Below the pieces are notes generated by a model. That model was not told the origin of the DNA. It saw nothing but the letters and a program-made list of their open reading frames with translations, and ran no database searches. Below are positions 14,001 through 28,075 of a stretch of 64,000 nt of DNA, piece by piece. A program made the position numbers and the translations under genes. The stretch is from Paragordius varius (lineage: Eukaryota > Animalia > Nematomorpha): contig OZ176054.1 in the NCBI GenBank assembly GCA_964247055.1, positions 2,232,001 to 2,296,000 on the forward strand, read 5' to 3'. Each line of letters starts with the position of its first letter. The first letter of the stretch is position 1.

Positions 14001-14318
14001 ATTTCTTTCAAAACTTTTTTTGTCGTAAAATAAAAAGATTGACATCCATATTAAATATATAGTATATGTCTCAGAAATTGGTCTTTTAAAGTTCATATTC
14101 TCCAAAACAACATAATTCACGATTTTTTAAAATTTTGAAACATTTTTTGGCGCCAATATATTTCAATAAGTGAATTTCAAAAAACAAATTACCTATTTTT
14201 TGAAAGAAGCAATAATTGAATTGCAAATGCTAAAATGTTTCTTACTTAATGTACCTGTACCTGCGCACCACCTTAAATTATTTATAAGAAAATCCTTTTA
14301 AAACAAAACACAAAAAAT

Positions 14319-14320
<2 letters not shown>

Positions 14321-14357
<37 letters not shown>
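14321..14357. repeat. (AT)n microsatellite
   Basis: Perfect AT dinucleotide run. Confidence 0.95.
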
Positions 14358-14360
<3 letters not shown>

Positions 14361-17300
14361 GACTAAACATTTTTTTTCATACTACTTTTTGAGATGTTTT
14401 GTTGTTGCAATTTGCACTTAAAATTTTTAATGGCTCTCTACCTTGTCCAAGAATACTTATAAAAATATATATCTATCATGAATAAAGAGAATAAAAATCA
14501 ATCATATATTTTAAGAGCCAAATTGCGTAAATCAATCCTGGGAGTTTTTATTTTTTTTCAAAATCCATTAGTAAAAATATTTATTTATGAAAGATTGATT
14601 TAGTTTATGGATAGAAAATTTATTTTTATGGTTAATATATGAACAGAAAGGTTGAACCTCATATTTTTTCCAAGATTTCAATATTTTAGTATAGTCAAAT
14701 CTAATATGATTAAATTACTTTTTTAACAAGTTGCAAGTTATGTGGGGAGACATCTTTTAAAATGGCATTTGAATAAACTTACTTACATTATCTTTATATC
14801 TAATTACCTTACTAAAATACACCTTTCTAGCACTGGGGTATTTTCGAAAGGAGAAGGGATTTGGAAAAAAAAAGTAATATTATAGAATTTTAAAAAGTGA
14901 GAGAAAAAAAGTTTTTAAGTACAATATCCTGTTAATTATATAACTTTTATACTATGATAAAAAATGATTTCACTTTCAAGTATATATTAGTGTTTGAGTA
15001 TGGGAATTTTTTAGAAATTTTAATATATTTATTAAAATTAATTTTAAATATTTTGAGCCATTTTGACAAAATAAATCAAAAAACATTTTTGAGAATGTAA
15101 AGTAAGAAACTTAAACTCAAATCTTTTAGGAATTTTTTAATAAAATATATTTTATATGGCAATTTCTTATTCATCCCTCTTAGAATTTGGACCTATAAAT
15201 TTTTTAGACACTTTCCAGATCTCACAAATAATTATCATCTTTTATTAATTAATGATAATTACGATACAGCATTCACATATATTTTTGTGATTTTTATGGT
15301 GAATAAATCTAGAGGATTAACATGCCAAGAAAAAAAAATGTTTGTTTTATGAGAGACAGTCATAATGACACAGGTATAAAATCCATAATTAACTTTTACG
15401 CTCTGGACTCAGAAAACCAAATGAATAAAAAAATACTTGGCATCGTTTTTTAAAATACATATATTTATTTAATTGGAGATATTTGAAATGTTTCTATGAG
15501 TAAAGTAGTTAATAATAACTGTCTATCCTTTTTTTAAACTTTATCAAAATTATTTTAGAGTTAAAAAGAATTCTTTATAACATGAATGGAATAATTGTAC
15601 CGATATATCGATGATATTAAGCCTAATTTAAAATATACACATGACTTAAAATGTAAAATAAAAAACTATGATTTTTTCCTACTTTTAGATGCCAATTATT
15701 TACTTAGTTTGCATAAAAAAATATTTCAAACTTTAAATGTTTTTTTATAATATCAGAGCAATTTTATGAAATAAAGCCAGGATTCGGAATTTATATGGAT
15801 TTTAGACTTTTGAATTTACAAAAATTGTTAAAGGTGTGGGCTTCAAAATATAAGGATTTAATTATATTTACGCTAAAATAATTTTATATGGTAAATTTAT
15901 CGCTTCTTTACGTAAATTGAGGTATCTTGGTTAATTCAATTATACTGAATGCCCGAGGAACCCTATAACTATATGATTAATATTGGATTACTCTTAAAAT
16001 ATTTCCTTGAACTACTATGACAGAATTTCAAATTCAAAATGTTCAAATAGGTAAAAATAATTTAATAGTTTATAATTATGTTTCATAAATTGTAGCAATT
16101 TAAAAGTAAACCCTACTGTTTAATTTCTAAACTTTAGTTAAAAAACTTATCTTAAATTTGATAATCCAGATTTTGGAATATTGCTAAAGACTCAATTTGG
16201 ATTGGCTCCCCCAAAAAATTATCCAAATTTACAGGTAAATCAAGCAAGCTTATATGCCCAAAATTATAAACATATATAGATATATATGTAAATATGAATA
16301 CAAAAAACAATTCAGTATAACATATATGGGAAAACATTATGATATATAGAAAAGACAAATTGTGGGTATATCGTAGATAAATGTTTATATAAAAGCTTTT
16401 TTTTTCTGATGCGAAGACTCCTTACACATTCTAGCGTACCTTTTCTTGACAAATGGTATTTTTGCATAGGAAAACCAGCAAACATTATGCTAAAATATGT
16501 TTAAATATATTTTTTAGGGTTAAATTTTATTCTTTAAACAATTAATTTATCTTACAACAGGCAGGTAAATAATTTTATTGAGAGAGAGTATCTTTTATAA
16601 ATTACATATTTTCAATGTTACACCGTGTGAAAATGGACAATGATAATTATTATTAATATTTATTATATAATTTTTTTTTGTGTGAGTGTGTGGTCAGTAT
16701 TGTTAAATGTATAAAAATAAATTAAGGGATTTTCTATATACAATTTATTTTAATGGACACAGCATAGAGAGTGTCCACATTGTAAAAAGTCAATAATATA
16801 AATATGATTAATTTACACAGGTAAAAAATAAAATTATTAAGGTTTTTTTGTTACGGGGGGGTAAAAATTGAATAGCATTTGCAAGATATATATATTAAAC
16901 ATTATTGCTCCGTAATTTATGCAAAAACAACATTTTTTTTCCACACACACACACCTTGACAAATTTAAATGTAAAAAGTAAAAATTCTGATAATTGACAA
17001 ATTTTTCGCGCTAAAAATATAAATATCCATTTTCAATATTATTGTCCATCCGATTGAAAAGGATAAAAAATTCTCACACTTGCTTGATTTTCTTTACAAA
17101 TTCCATAGACAATTCTACTCACATGAATTATACTTATACTTATATATATAAATATACAGTGTTTATGAAAAAAACCTGTGAATTTACTTCCTGATTGACG
17201 TACGTTTTATTTGTAAGTAGTGGTTTTTTAGCAAATAAATTATTTTTCAATCCAATAATAATATTACGTTAATCCTAATATATATATGATTTTTTATGAC

Positions 17301-17560
17301 TTTTTCATTTTTCACACGCACAGAAATCGTTTCCTTTTTTTCTGCTTTCTGCGGCATTTTTTTCTGTAAATTTTTGCGCGCGCCTACTAAAAAATTAACA
17401 AAACATTCTGAAGGGAGAAATCATAATCTATGTTCGAAAAAATTTGGAAGCACTGATCAACAACTTGTTTTATGAAACCATTTTTTGAACATTTATCTAA
17501 AAATTGAAGTTTTAGTTACTTTTTGAGATCCATCTTTTACAAATAAGATCCAAATACTCA

Positions 17561-19484
17561 ATGATTTTCTCCTCGTATACAGAGTCAATAGTCAAAGACA
17601 AAATGAATGATTACCATACTGAGTTAATATCAGTAGAATCAAATAAACGTAAATTAAATAGCTCTGAATCTCAGACATTTAAACCTGGTAGCACAGAAGA
17701 GAAATCCTTACATGAAAAAAATATTTGGCAACTTAAAGAATATTATCCCGTCGAACAAAATATGGAAGTCTCATCCACAAACTTTACGAGTACCATCTGC
17801 TCGAATTCTCAGGACACAACTGTTTTAAAAGTTCTGACGACAGAAAAAAAGGATTCTTCAGATGATCAACAAAATTTTGATTTGTATTACAGAGCATACC
17901 ACAAATTATTTCAGGGTATGTTGAATGGTACATCTATGAAACAGGAAGAATCAAGCATAAATGATAACCTCATGTCCCAAAACATAGATACCAGAAAAAG
18001 TATTTCAAACAACAGTCCTTTAAATACTTTACGACCAAAAGATATTAGTCCACGTCAAACTAAAAGTTATTCCACTTCAACGATACTTAACCATAAACAT
18101 ATCGAATATGAAAAGGAACACCCTATGGGAAATGGCATCCTTAAACCTGAAAATTTTGATAAAGATATCGTCAATAATAATTATAAAAGCAACATCAATA
18201 CAACAAAAAGAAAAAAGTTTGAATTGACAGATAATTCAGCAATTTCGGATAAAACCGATTTAAATGGATCAACAGATAGACTTAATCATAATATGAATAA
18301 TGGATTCTGCATGGAAGAAACTAATATTTTAGATTACGGCCACCCTATGAAAGCCTCATACCAATACTTTCAAAGTTTAATGTTAATGAATAATCACATG
18401 AGGAATTTTTACAGCTACAATAACAATAAAAACAATCCGTTTAGGGACCAGAATGTCACGTTAAATAAATCCAAATATTTAAACGATGAAAGCTTTGAAA
18501 CAAAGTCCAAAAAACTTAAAATAGACCATAATTGTTCGCCCTCTTTAGAGGACAAAACGGATATTGTTCGGAAAGACGCCAAATTTACGATAACTAATAG
18601 TGATAGCTTGGTAGAGTCTAAAAACTTGACATCATCAAACCTTTCAACCTACTTTCCAATTTGGCACAAAATTGCTGAAACAACCAATTCAATGGTTTCA
18701 GATTCGACAGATCACCACATTTTGGAAAAAAATGACACCATGAATCATATAAAACCTTTAAGAAGCAATATTCCTTTCAGCGGGAAAATGGCGGCTGATG
18801 AATATAACACTATACTTGGATACAATACTCTTTTGAATATGTATACTCAACTAATTAATGCAAATAAGGATGTTTATATATTACCTCAAAACGAGTCAAA
18901 TACTCATAAAAGTGCTGATATTAGCCATGGAACATCTTCAGTAAAAAGGACCAACAAATCTTTCCACATAAAAGATATCGGAATTTGTAAAAATAACTTA
19001 ACCACAACCCCAAAAATTAATACGAGTTCGACTTTACCCTATCAATCATATGACACATTTAATGGTTTATGTCCTTCTTTACAAAAATATTTGCAAAATT
19101 TTTCAATTCTAATGAGCTCATCTACTCCCCACTTTACACCCACAAACTTGTATACCTCAACTTTAAACAGTTTAAACTTTAGTTGTAACAATGGTAATAT
19201 TAAACCTAAATTGGGTAATCATCAAAATTTTCCGCTACCTACTGAAAATTCTCAGATAACTGCAGTTAAAAGTTGGGACGGGGAAACAAATATTTCCAGA
19301 TATACAAATGGTTGCAAATCTCACTCTACTCTATACAATAATTATATACCCAAACAATGTTTAAATGGAAACAGTTATAATCAGACAGGCGGTACGCAAA
19401 CTAAAAAATTTCCTACGGCCGTCAGAGATTCCAAAGCCAAACTCAGGGATGAGTTAACAGCTTTGTATAGAAATCCCATTTCAA
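17561..19484 (+). CDS. pros: prospero/Prox homeobox transcription factor, large N-terminal exon (low-complexity, N/S/T-rich)
   Basis: A 647-codon ORF in very AT-rich DNA. Phase-1 GT donors at 19485 and 19494 join in frame to the homeodomain exon at 19822. The exact donor and the start codon are uncertain. Confidence 0.75.
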
Positions 19485-19821
19485 GTATATACAGTAAAAT
19501 TTGAAATTATATGGACAAAAAGTAGTGTAACATAAAGATCAATTTGTTCGAAAAGACAGGCAGCCATACATTTTTACACCTTGTTTTCTTAAATATAACT
19601 AACTAATTTATCATGGGTTGCAAAATTCAAACTCAATAATAATACATTTTATAATATAGTTTAAGTGAAATCAAGGTATGAAAAAGTATAGTTGTGTCTT
19701 TGCAAAAAAATGTATTTGTCTTTTAGATATTACATTTTGTCTGTAAAACTCCAATATTTTAATGCTTTTTGATAAGTAAATTAAAGACGTCTTTATGTTT
19801 TTTATATTTTTATAAAATTAG

Positions 19822-19972
19822 CAAGATTAACGCCCATTCATTTACGGAAAGCTAAACTGATGTTTTTCTATACGAGATACCCGAACTCAAATACGCTTAA
19901 AACGTATTTTGCCGACATAAATTTCAATAGAAACAATATTGCACAATTGGTTAAATGGTTCAGTAATTTCAG
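19822..19972 (+). CDS. pros: prospero exon 2 (homeodomain)
   Basis: AG acceptor at 19820-21, GT donor at 19973. Translates [50 protein letters not shown], the diagnostic Prospero atypical homeodomain. Confidence 0.96.
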
Positions 19973-21364
19973 GTAAAAACCTCATTAAACAATTAAATTT
20001 TATTTAAATTAGAGCAGTCAAATGGCGAATTATTACAATAAGAGCAAAGTAAGAAAGTATAATTATATAAAGATTGCAAAAATTAAGATTGATCGATCCA
20101 TATTTTGAAAACAATGCAAAAAGGCTTTCTTTATTACCAAAAAAATAATTATCCATTCTTTATTGTTAATGACCTTAATTAGTTGTGTTAATTGTCTCGT
20201 CGAGACTTTGAAAGACATTTAATAGTATTTTAAACAATTTGACCTAATTTATTAAACATTTTTCAAAAATTAAAACTAACTTGAAACAATTACACAAAAA
20301 AATTTTTTTTGTTCATTGATATTGAACAATATATACACCTAAGTAATTAAGGGGAGACACTTGCCTATATAATTATATGCTTTATATTTGCTCAATTTTG
20401 TGAATTTTTATCTTATCCTACATAATCTTGACTTGGCAATTCCTTTCATCTATAAATACTAATTATTATTCAATAATTTTACCCTTCTGTTGCAATGAAA
20501 TAAAAAAGATTAAATCTTAAATTTTTGCTTGATATATATTCAAATTATTTATATATTTACTGATAATTTTTATTAAATTATTGATGAAATATGGTGATTT
20601 TAGGGATATATATATATATATATATAATTAAAATTCATTTATTTTGTGTTTGGGATAGAGAATTGTATTGTGCAATATAGATATAAAATTATGATAATTA
20701 TGAAAAAAAATATATTTTTATAATATAATCTTACTTACACTGATCAAGGAAATAGATAAGATTTTTGCCGGGAAATAGGGGTTAATCTTTTTTTTCTGTA
20801 ACCCTATTTATGATCTATTGGATATCATAATATTGATATATATTTTGCTTTAAATTTGCATATATTATATTTTTGGGGGGGGGAGAAATAAAAATTATTT
20901 TTTTTAATAAATTTTTTAAATCTTGCACAAGAAATTATAAAATATATTGTTTGAAAGATTATTTTTATAATGACAAAAAGAAGTCATCCATTTCGTGGTT
21001 TCGCATTAATTTTTTTTTAATATAATTTAAATCAAAAATGTTAAAAATACGTGAAATTTTGATAAAATTAAAATAATTTTTTTAAAAAAAAAGAGTAGGT
21101 CTTAAGAAATCTAGAAACGTCAATCATTTATATAAGTTACATTTCTTAAAAATGTATACCTTAACATTGTATATATTGAGTATAAATTATATTATTCTGC
21201 ATTGTAAAGAGAGCTATATCATTTAAAAATATATCTAAAATATTTTAAAACTTAAAAATTTAAGGAAATATTTAATTGTTTAAGTTAATTATTTTATTAA
21301 TCATAAAATAAAAATTTTTTTAAAACTGACTATTGTTTTAAAATAATTTTTTTTTACTTTTTAG

Positions 21365-21506
21365 AGAATTTTTTTACATTCAAATCGAAAAATTTGCTCG
21401 ACAAGCCTTGATGGATAGCACCCCTGTAAATGCTTTATGCGTCATGGAGTCTGGAGAATTATATCGGAATTTGGTTACTCATTACAATCGAAATAATTAT
21501 ATTGAA
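21365..21506 (+). CDS. pros: prospero exon 3 (end of homeodomain, start of Prospero domain)
   Basis: TTAG acceptor, GTAAGT donor, phases compatible with neighbours. Translates EFFYIQIEKFARQALMDSTPVNALCVMESGELYRNLVTHYNRNNYIE. Confidence 0.96.
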
Positions 21507-21835
21507 GTAAGTTGGGCTAACTTTTTTAAAAATATATTATAATAAAAACTGAAATTATATGGACAAAAAAAGACAAATATTTCTTGAAAGGCGGCTATAC
21601 AAGATTTTTTAAAAATCAAACTCATTGTTTTAAACTGCAAAGTATGAAATAGACACGTAAATTGGTAGCATAAACATTTATAATATAATATAGTTTATAT
21701 GGAAAAAATCAAGATTAAAATAATCATGTTTGGAATTAAGTTTTAATTATCACCTTTTGTATGCATTATTTAAAATTTTTACTGTATAGTCGCATTTTTT
21801 TCGAATTATAAATATTATTGTTGTTTTTTGAAAAG

Positions 21836-22015
21836 GTACCATGTCATTTTTTGCAAGTGTGTCAAAAAACTTTAAATGAGTTTTTTCGCGCCATTTCAGT
21901 GGGTCGGGATAAGGAGCCATCTTGGAAAAAAGGAATCTACAAAATTATTGCACAATACGATCAACCTGTGCCTGAACAATTTAGATCACATAAATTTTTG
22001 AGACAGCTTGAATAA
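21836..22015 (+). CDS. pros: prospero exon 4 (Prospero domain C-terminus)
   Basis: AG acceptor at 21834-35. Translates [59 protein letters not shown], containing the PSWKK.IYK motif. Confidence 0.96.
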   Translation, partial: VPCHFLQVCQKTLNEFFRAISVGRDKEPSWKKGIYKIIAQYDQPVPEQFRSHKFLRQLE

Positions 22016-22038
22016 CAAAAACTATAATTTTTATTAAA

Positions 22039-22039
<1 letters not shown>

Positions 22040-22090
<51 letters not shown>

Positions 22091-22112
22091 TTATATATAT
22101 ATATATATATAT
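22040..22112. repeat. Interrupted (AT)n microsatellite in the prospero 3' region
   Basis: About 70 bp of AT repeat starting 25 bp after the stop codon. Confidence 0.95.
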
Positions 22113-23449
22113 AATGTATTGAATGTAATTATTATCAATAAATCAAATTTTACAACCAATTGAAAATTTATTCTTAATAATGTTCTAGAGATTTTTACCA
22201 ATAATACTTATAATAAACTTTTCCTTTTAAAGTATTTCAAGAGTTTTTTCAGAACCGTTTTAATTTTAAACAAAGCTTCCCAAAACGATTCGTATCCGCA
22301 GATACAAAAAAATATTTTTAAAATTTAATGTGATGTTAACCTTAATGATATGGATTAATCATGGAACAGATAATTGTATAAACATATATTCGTTAAATCA
22401 AAATTTAAAATTATTCTTAAAGTAACTGGGATCTGTGAAACCTTCGCCGTTCGTAAATTAATTTTTCTATTAGTTGAAAATCATGACAGAACTTTGGACT
22501 TGTGATTTTTCGTAACGATTTCAGATATACATCCAACATTTTGATTATCTTATAACATTTATAAATAACCATTGGACAAAAAAATTGAACCGGATCCTAT
22601 CATAAAAAAATACAAAGCAAAAAACCGACATTCTTTTGAAAAAAATTGTCAATTAAAACTGAAAATTTGTGGAAGAGAATGGTGGGGTTTTAATTTCAAT
22701 CCTTGGTTACCTAATTCATAGACTATATTTTAAAATATGTTTACTCACTATTTTTAACAATATTATTTTGTAAATCTTAATTTCATTTAATTTACTAATA
22801 TTTCTAACAAAAACACATTTTGATACTTCTTTTTGCGTTAACTCTTGTTTAATAAATCACTTGGTCTTTTTTTCTTTGAGCGCGCGCAATTTCGCCTCAT
22901 TGAAGTGATTTGTAAGAATACAGCTATGTTGTGACGATTCCTCTCTTCTATTATTAATTTATTTGGATTAGATCAAAGAATAAAATGTTTTGCAAAAATT
23001 TTACGGGAAAAAACATCAAAAAAGCAACGAAGCGGCGCTAAAACCCTGTTAATTTGATTATGTTTGTGTGTGTGTATGCTTTCTTCTACATTTAAGGACA
23101 TATCAATTCCTTTTTTATCCTTAAGTGTAACCGCTAAAACTTTTTAATCTGTGCTCTCTTTTTTTTGAAATAAAACAAGATTATCAATAAATTAATGTTT
23201 TGGAAAATATTAAAATTGAAATGATTTAATATGGCCTTAAAAATTGGGTGAACTTGTGAAAATTATCCTGTATAGGTAAGAAATATAATTTTCCTGGAAA
23301 GTATGTTTTAAGCAAATAAATATATAATATTATTAGACCATGCCAAGAGGTAACTTTATAAATGTAGACAGTTTAGGATTGTGATCAAAATTATTAATTG
23401 ATAAATTTCTTTAAGTTAAAGACAAATATATATCATAAAAACATTAGGG

Positions 23450-24100
23450 GATATTTTTAGAAATGATATGTTTGACAGGACAGGATGGATGGTAAAACAA
23501 TTGCGCAAATATTAATTCAAAGGAATCATGAGTTTGTTAGAATTATACAAAAAAGATTCACGAAAATTGTAAATTTTTTTGAAAATAACCATCTAAACAA
23601 GAGAATTTTGGTGTGACATTCAAAAATAATTAGGGGAGGATGTGTGAAAACTAAGGGTAAAATTTACAGGTAAGCACGGTCTAGATAGATAGATAAAACA
23701 TTGCTAAATCTGGGTAAAAAAACTTGATATAGTTAAAATTAAAATAAACCACTATAAAGGACATAAGATACTTACGAAAAAGACGGATTAATGAAATGAA
23801 TATAAATTTAAACATCAAAGAAAGAATGATTCGACATTACCTCTGATGCATTGATATTACAAGGGAAAACGGAAAATGCAATATAAAGAAAATATATAGA
23901 TATCAAAATTATACTAGCGAATAGGGTGTTGATTTTGATACAACTGCTTATAAAGGAAATTTTCAATTTATATAATAATAAGTACGGACAATCCCTGTTG
24001 GACCAAAGAAAAGATCATGTTTTCATTTTTAAGGGGAAGGAATAGAAATGATTACAATCACTAAAGAATGAAATTTAAGCCCCACAGGGTTTTTGAAAAA
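23450..24100 (+). mobile_element. Highly decayed RTE-type LINE C-terminal remnant
   Basis: Fragmentary matches to RTE C-terminal motifs (KTKGKIYR..R, NIKERMIRH.L.W). No intact ORF. Confidence 0.35.
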
Positions 24101-26241
24101 AAAATTAAAAGAAGACAGAGAAATAGTTTCAAGTGAAAATTAATTAAGTTGTGTACTCAGTTATTCCATAGTAATAATGATAAAAATTACATAGCTTAAG
24201 ACATTATGGTATAATTCAAATTCAAATCAGGTGGCAAAAATATCCAAGTTTTGACAGAACCCGTCGAAAACTAACAAGGAGGAATAATTAAACAACTTAT
24301 TTATGTATACATCGGGCCATTTATAAGAATGAGAATGCCAAATAAATATATTGTGTAACGGTATCGCTTTACAAATTTGCATTTGGTATCAGAAGATTGA
24401 ATATATGAGTTGTTTTATTGTTAAAAGGACATATGCTTAACCATGGGATTAATCTCGTTTAACTTGATAGTAGCTATCACTAATAAAATGAATATCATTT
24501 AGAGATTTGATTTAATCATTGCTAAAATAGTACCTATATTATTAATGTGTGGCATTATAATATTCAATTTTTTTACTCATTTTAAGCAAGACTGAAATTT
24601 TACCCGAAAACATCAAATACAAATGCCAATGAAATATTAATCGGTCTATTGCATAAGTATTAGTTTATAACAAAAAATTTCATTACCAAAAAATTAAACC
24701 CGCAAGTCGAGAGTAACATTAAAAAAAGTATTTAAAAGTTACAAAATTAATTGTAATTTCAAAATAAAAGTAATAAGTGTTAACCTTAAAATATTGTTTC
24801 CAATCTCTTATACTTTATAATGGTTAAGGTTATTTATTTGGAAAATAGAATTCAACAACTTTTAATATGAACATTCATAGTTTTGTTTTTTCTAAAATTG
24901 TATCAAATTATTCACATTTAACAGTTTAGATTGCCTTTAAGGTGGTTTTATAACCCAGATTAATATCAAATTTTTTAAATATGCATCATACTATAGCCCC
25001 ACATTATAAATATTAAAAAATTCAAACTGATATTATCCCTCCCTCGCTTTTTGGAGCCTAATTTTTGAATATAATATTGACGTGCTTAAATATACATATA
25101 AACACTTATGATTAAATAAAAACTAGTGAACTTAAAATGGTTTTGATTACACATTTTCACAGCCAATTTTCGATGTTATATATTTTATAATTAGTTGTTC
25201 GTTTTATTTCAATTAAACAACTATCCAATTTTAAATGCTATAACAAGTTATGAAACTGTTTAAAAAAAAGCTTTTTTAACTTGAGAATTATTCCACTATT
25301 TTTTAAAAAAATATTATGGTTTTTGTGAGAATCTTAGACTATAACAAAATTCATCTTAGTATTGAACCCTATAAAGAAACCAATTAAGTTTAAAAATGGT
25401 CTCTTCTTAGGGCATATTATGAACACAATAGGATAGAAAAAATATATATGCGACTTAATGATAAAAACAAAAAAATGTGATATTTTGATTTTTACCCGAT
25501 ATAAAAAGAAATAGCTACAAAATATAATTTGTGTTTCTAAAATAAACGTTTCTTGGAATCAAGTTGTAAGTTGTTTCATATCGTATAACACCGAGAGATA
25601 CGGTTAAAAATATGAATAAATTTTACGAAAATTGGTAAATATTTAACAAATTATTCAAATTTATCCGTGTGCATTTTTTAAAAAAAATTTGCTTTAAACT
25701 TAATTATTCTTCAGTAACCATAAAAAAATGATGATAAATTAGGAAAAAGCGAATAATTTAAATTATTATTATTAATTAGTTTACAAAAGGTATAATTCAT
25801 ACTATTTATCTATCTAAAATACCATATAACCAGCCACTAAATATTTTATTAAGATTTATGATTTTTTTATCCATATTGTAATGGTACTAAAATCAAAGAG
25901 ATATTGCTTTGAATTATATACAATTTAATAATATCGTATAATAAAATTAAAATGTTCTGTATGGTAAATTCTATCTATATCTAACGCTTTTCACCATTCT
26001 TTTTTGCGCGGGAAGGAAAAGAGATTTTCTCTTTTTTGAAATATAAATACATTTATACAAATTTGGATAAATTATAAGTCCCCATGGTGTATTTTAATAT
26101 CTAAATCCAAAAATACTATATTATATTATATCATATCATATACTACACAAGTATATGACAAAAAATTAAATATTTTTCTTGGATATTTTCTTTGATGTTT
26201 TCATTTTAATATTTGTAAAAAATATTTTTGAAAGTTCTTTT

Positions 26242-26244
<3 letters not shown>

Positions 26245-26276
<32 letters not shown>
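26245..26276. repeat. (AT)n microsatellite
   Basis: Perfect AT run. Confidence 0.95.
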
Positions 26277-26279
<3 letters not shown>

Positions 26280-27264
26280 TCATTGCTTTAAGAATTTATG
26301 GTTTTAGGAGCGCGCATTCCATCTTAACAACAAATTATTCAAATCTCTTTAGAGTTATTTTGGAAAAGGGCGACAAAAATTAATTTTTACATTTTCTTTT
26401 GATTTGTGCGCAAGACGCAATTTTAAAAAGACGCCAAAGTAAAAAATCATATTTTCTAATAAATTTTTTGTGGAATTCTATTTTTTCTAATATATTCTTT
26501 CTTTTCTTGTGACATGCTTGCATAGCTTTTTAAATAAATTAGAGTTAATTATTGATAAAATGATTTATAAAAAAATATAACATTACAAAAGATTCTTAAA
26601 TATATATACAAATATTATTACATCAAAAGAATTGTTAAAATTAAAATATAATGTGGCGTTTTTTCCCAATATTGTCTCACAGCTACACTTAAGTCAATAG
26701 TTTATTCATATGGGTATAGAGGGTGGCATATACAGACCAGGGAATTCGGAATATATAGAAAAAAACCGCATTTTTTTCCCCTTAACAAATGCTTTGAAGT
26801 TTAGAAAAGCATTTTTACATCAAAGAAGCCACACAACTATAAACTTCATAATAATAATAATAATGATTTATATATTTATTTGATTAATAAAAAATTTATG
26901 CGATTCTCTCAAATCAATGCTTCTTTGTTTTTTGTTCTTATTTTCGAGAAAATAGTTTATAAAAATTTTGTCATTTCTTCTAAAGATGTTCAGGGTATCA
27001 TTAATTTTCATTATCTACTATTAGGTTAATCCAATTCGGATTCGATTGCTAAACTATTTTATTTTATATATAATGAATAACCACATAAGGTCATTTTGAT
27101 ATTTTTAATTGGCTAAAAGGGTATATGATTAATTTACAAGTCTGTTTGTTGCTATGTAAGAGATTTTTTATTTTATTAGTTTCGTATTTAACACTGTATT
27201 TTTTCTCCAAACTTTCGAAAATGTAACTAATAAAAACGAAAAATTATCATTTCCTATAAAAGTC

Positions 27265-28075
27265 CCGTTTGTTGAATGAAAAGGGGCATTGCCATGTAGC
27301 AAAATCACTTTGCAGGCGTTCTGGCGAATTAGTCGTTTTTCGATCAATGCATGGTTTAAGTTGATCCTTTGTTGGCGATAGGGTTCTGTATAAACGGTTT
27401 GGGTTTTAAAGGTTCTTTTTCATAATACACAATATCGCTCGGGTCCTATCAGACGCAGATCACTATCATGCTAATGGACTCGCTTGGCAAGGTAAAAGTT
27501 AGGATTTTCCCGCTTTAGAATATCAAAATAAAGCCGTTTCTCATCTTACCAATTCAATGCGAAAATTTTCGTGACGCTGAAGCAGGATTTCACAGGCCAG
27601 TTTGCAATTTTCGATTCGACCTTCATTCCAATGTGTGACACCTATTTACCGAGTTTGTTGGTCTTTCAATTGCTCGTCGACATCCATTAATTGTTTTTTG
27701 TAATGTATATATATATATATATATATATAATACTCCCCCCAATTGATGTTAAGTTTGAGTTTCTATAACTCATGCACTGCGGTTTGACAGTTGTCTGGTC
27801 TCTACCAGAGTTACAATCTTTCACAGGAAATCACAACTTAAGTATTTCAAAACCATGTGTCGCGTGTGTAAATCGATAGAGCATGTTCACATATGTTTTT
27901 GCCCGAAAACAAACTCAACAACCTTTTTTCTGATGTATGGCAATGCGTGCCTCAAATCGTTTTTAGGCATAAATTCAACTTAATTACTGAATGATAAAAA
28001 TAAGCCTCTAGTTGGTGAATTTAGCTGCTATGGGTGTCGTTAAATGTCATTTGAACAAAATGGGGTTTTTAAATT
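27265..28075 (-). mobile_element. Decayed mariner (Mos1-like) element, copy 2
   Basis: The reverse strand reads LRHAL, SCDF, SGR, IENCKLACEILLQRH, DEKRLYF, DIVYYE, TVYTEPYRQQRINLNHALIEKR and KVILLHGNAP. It aligns at DNA level with 10050-10800. Confidence 0.85.

Noticed and set aside
16555-16575. CAG|GTAAAT donor as a prospero 5' UTR exon boundary
   Set aside because: Plausible, but it cannot be supported without transcript data.
17561-19504. 647-aa ORF as a stand-alone novel protein
   Set aside because: In-frame donors just before its stop splice to Prospero homeodomain exons 300 bp downstream, so it is the first exon of prospero.
19485-19821. U12/AT-AC twintron as in Drosophila prospero
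   Set aside because: No RTATCCT donor or clear TCCTTAAC branch site is visible.
27265-28075. Initially read as a Gypsy RT remnant
   Set aside because: Translation and DNA match to 10050-10800 show it is a mariner transposase.
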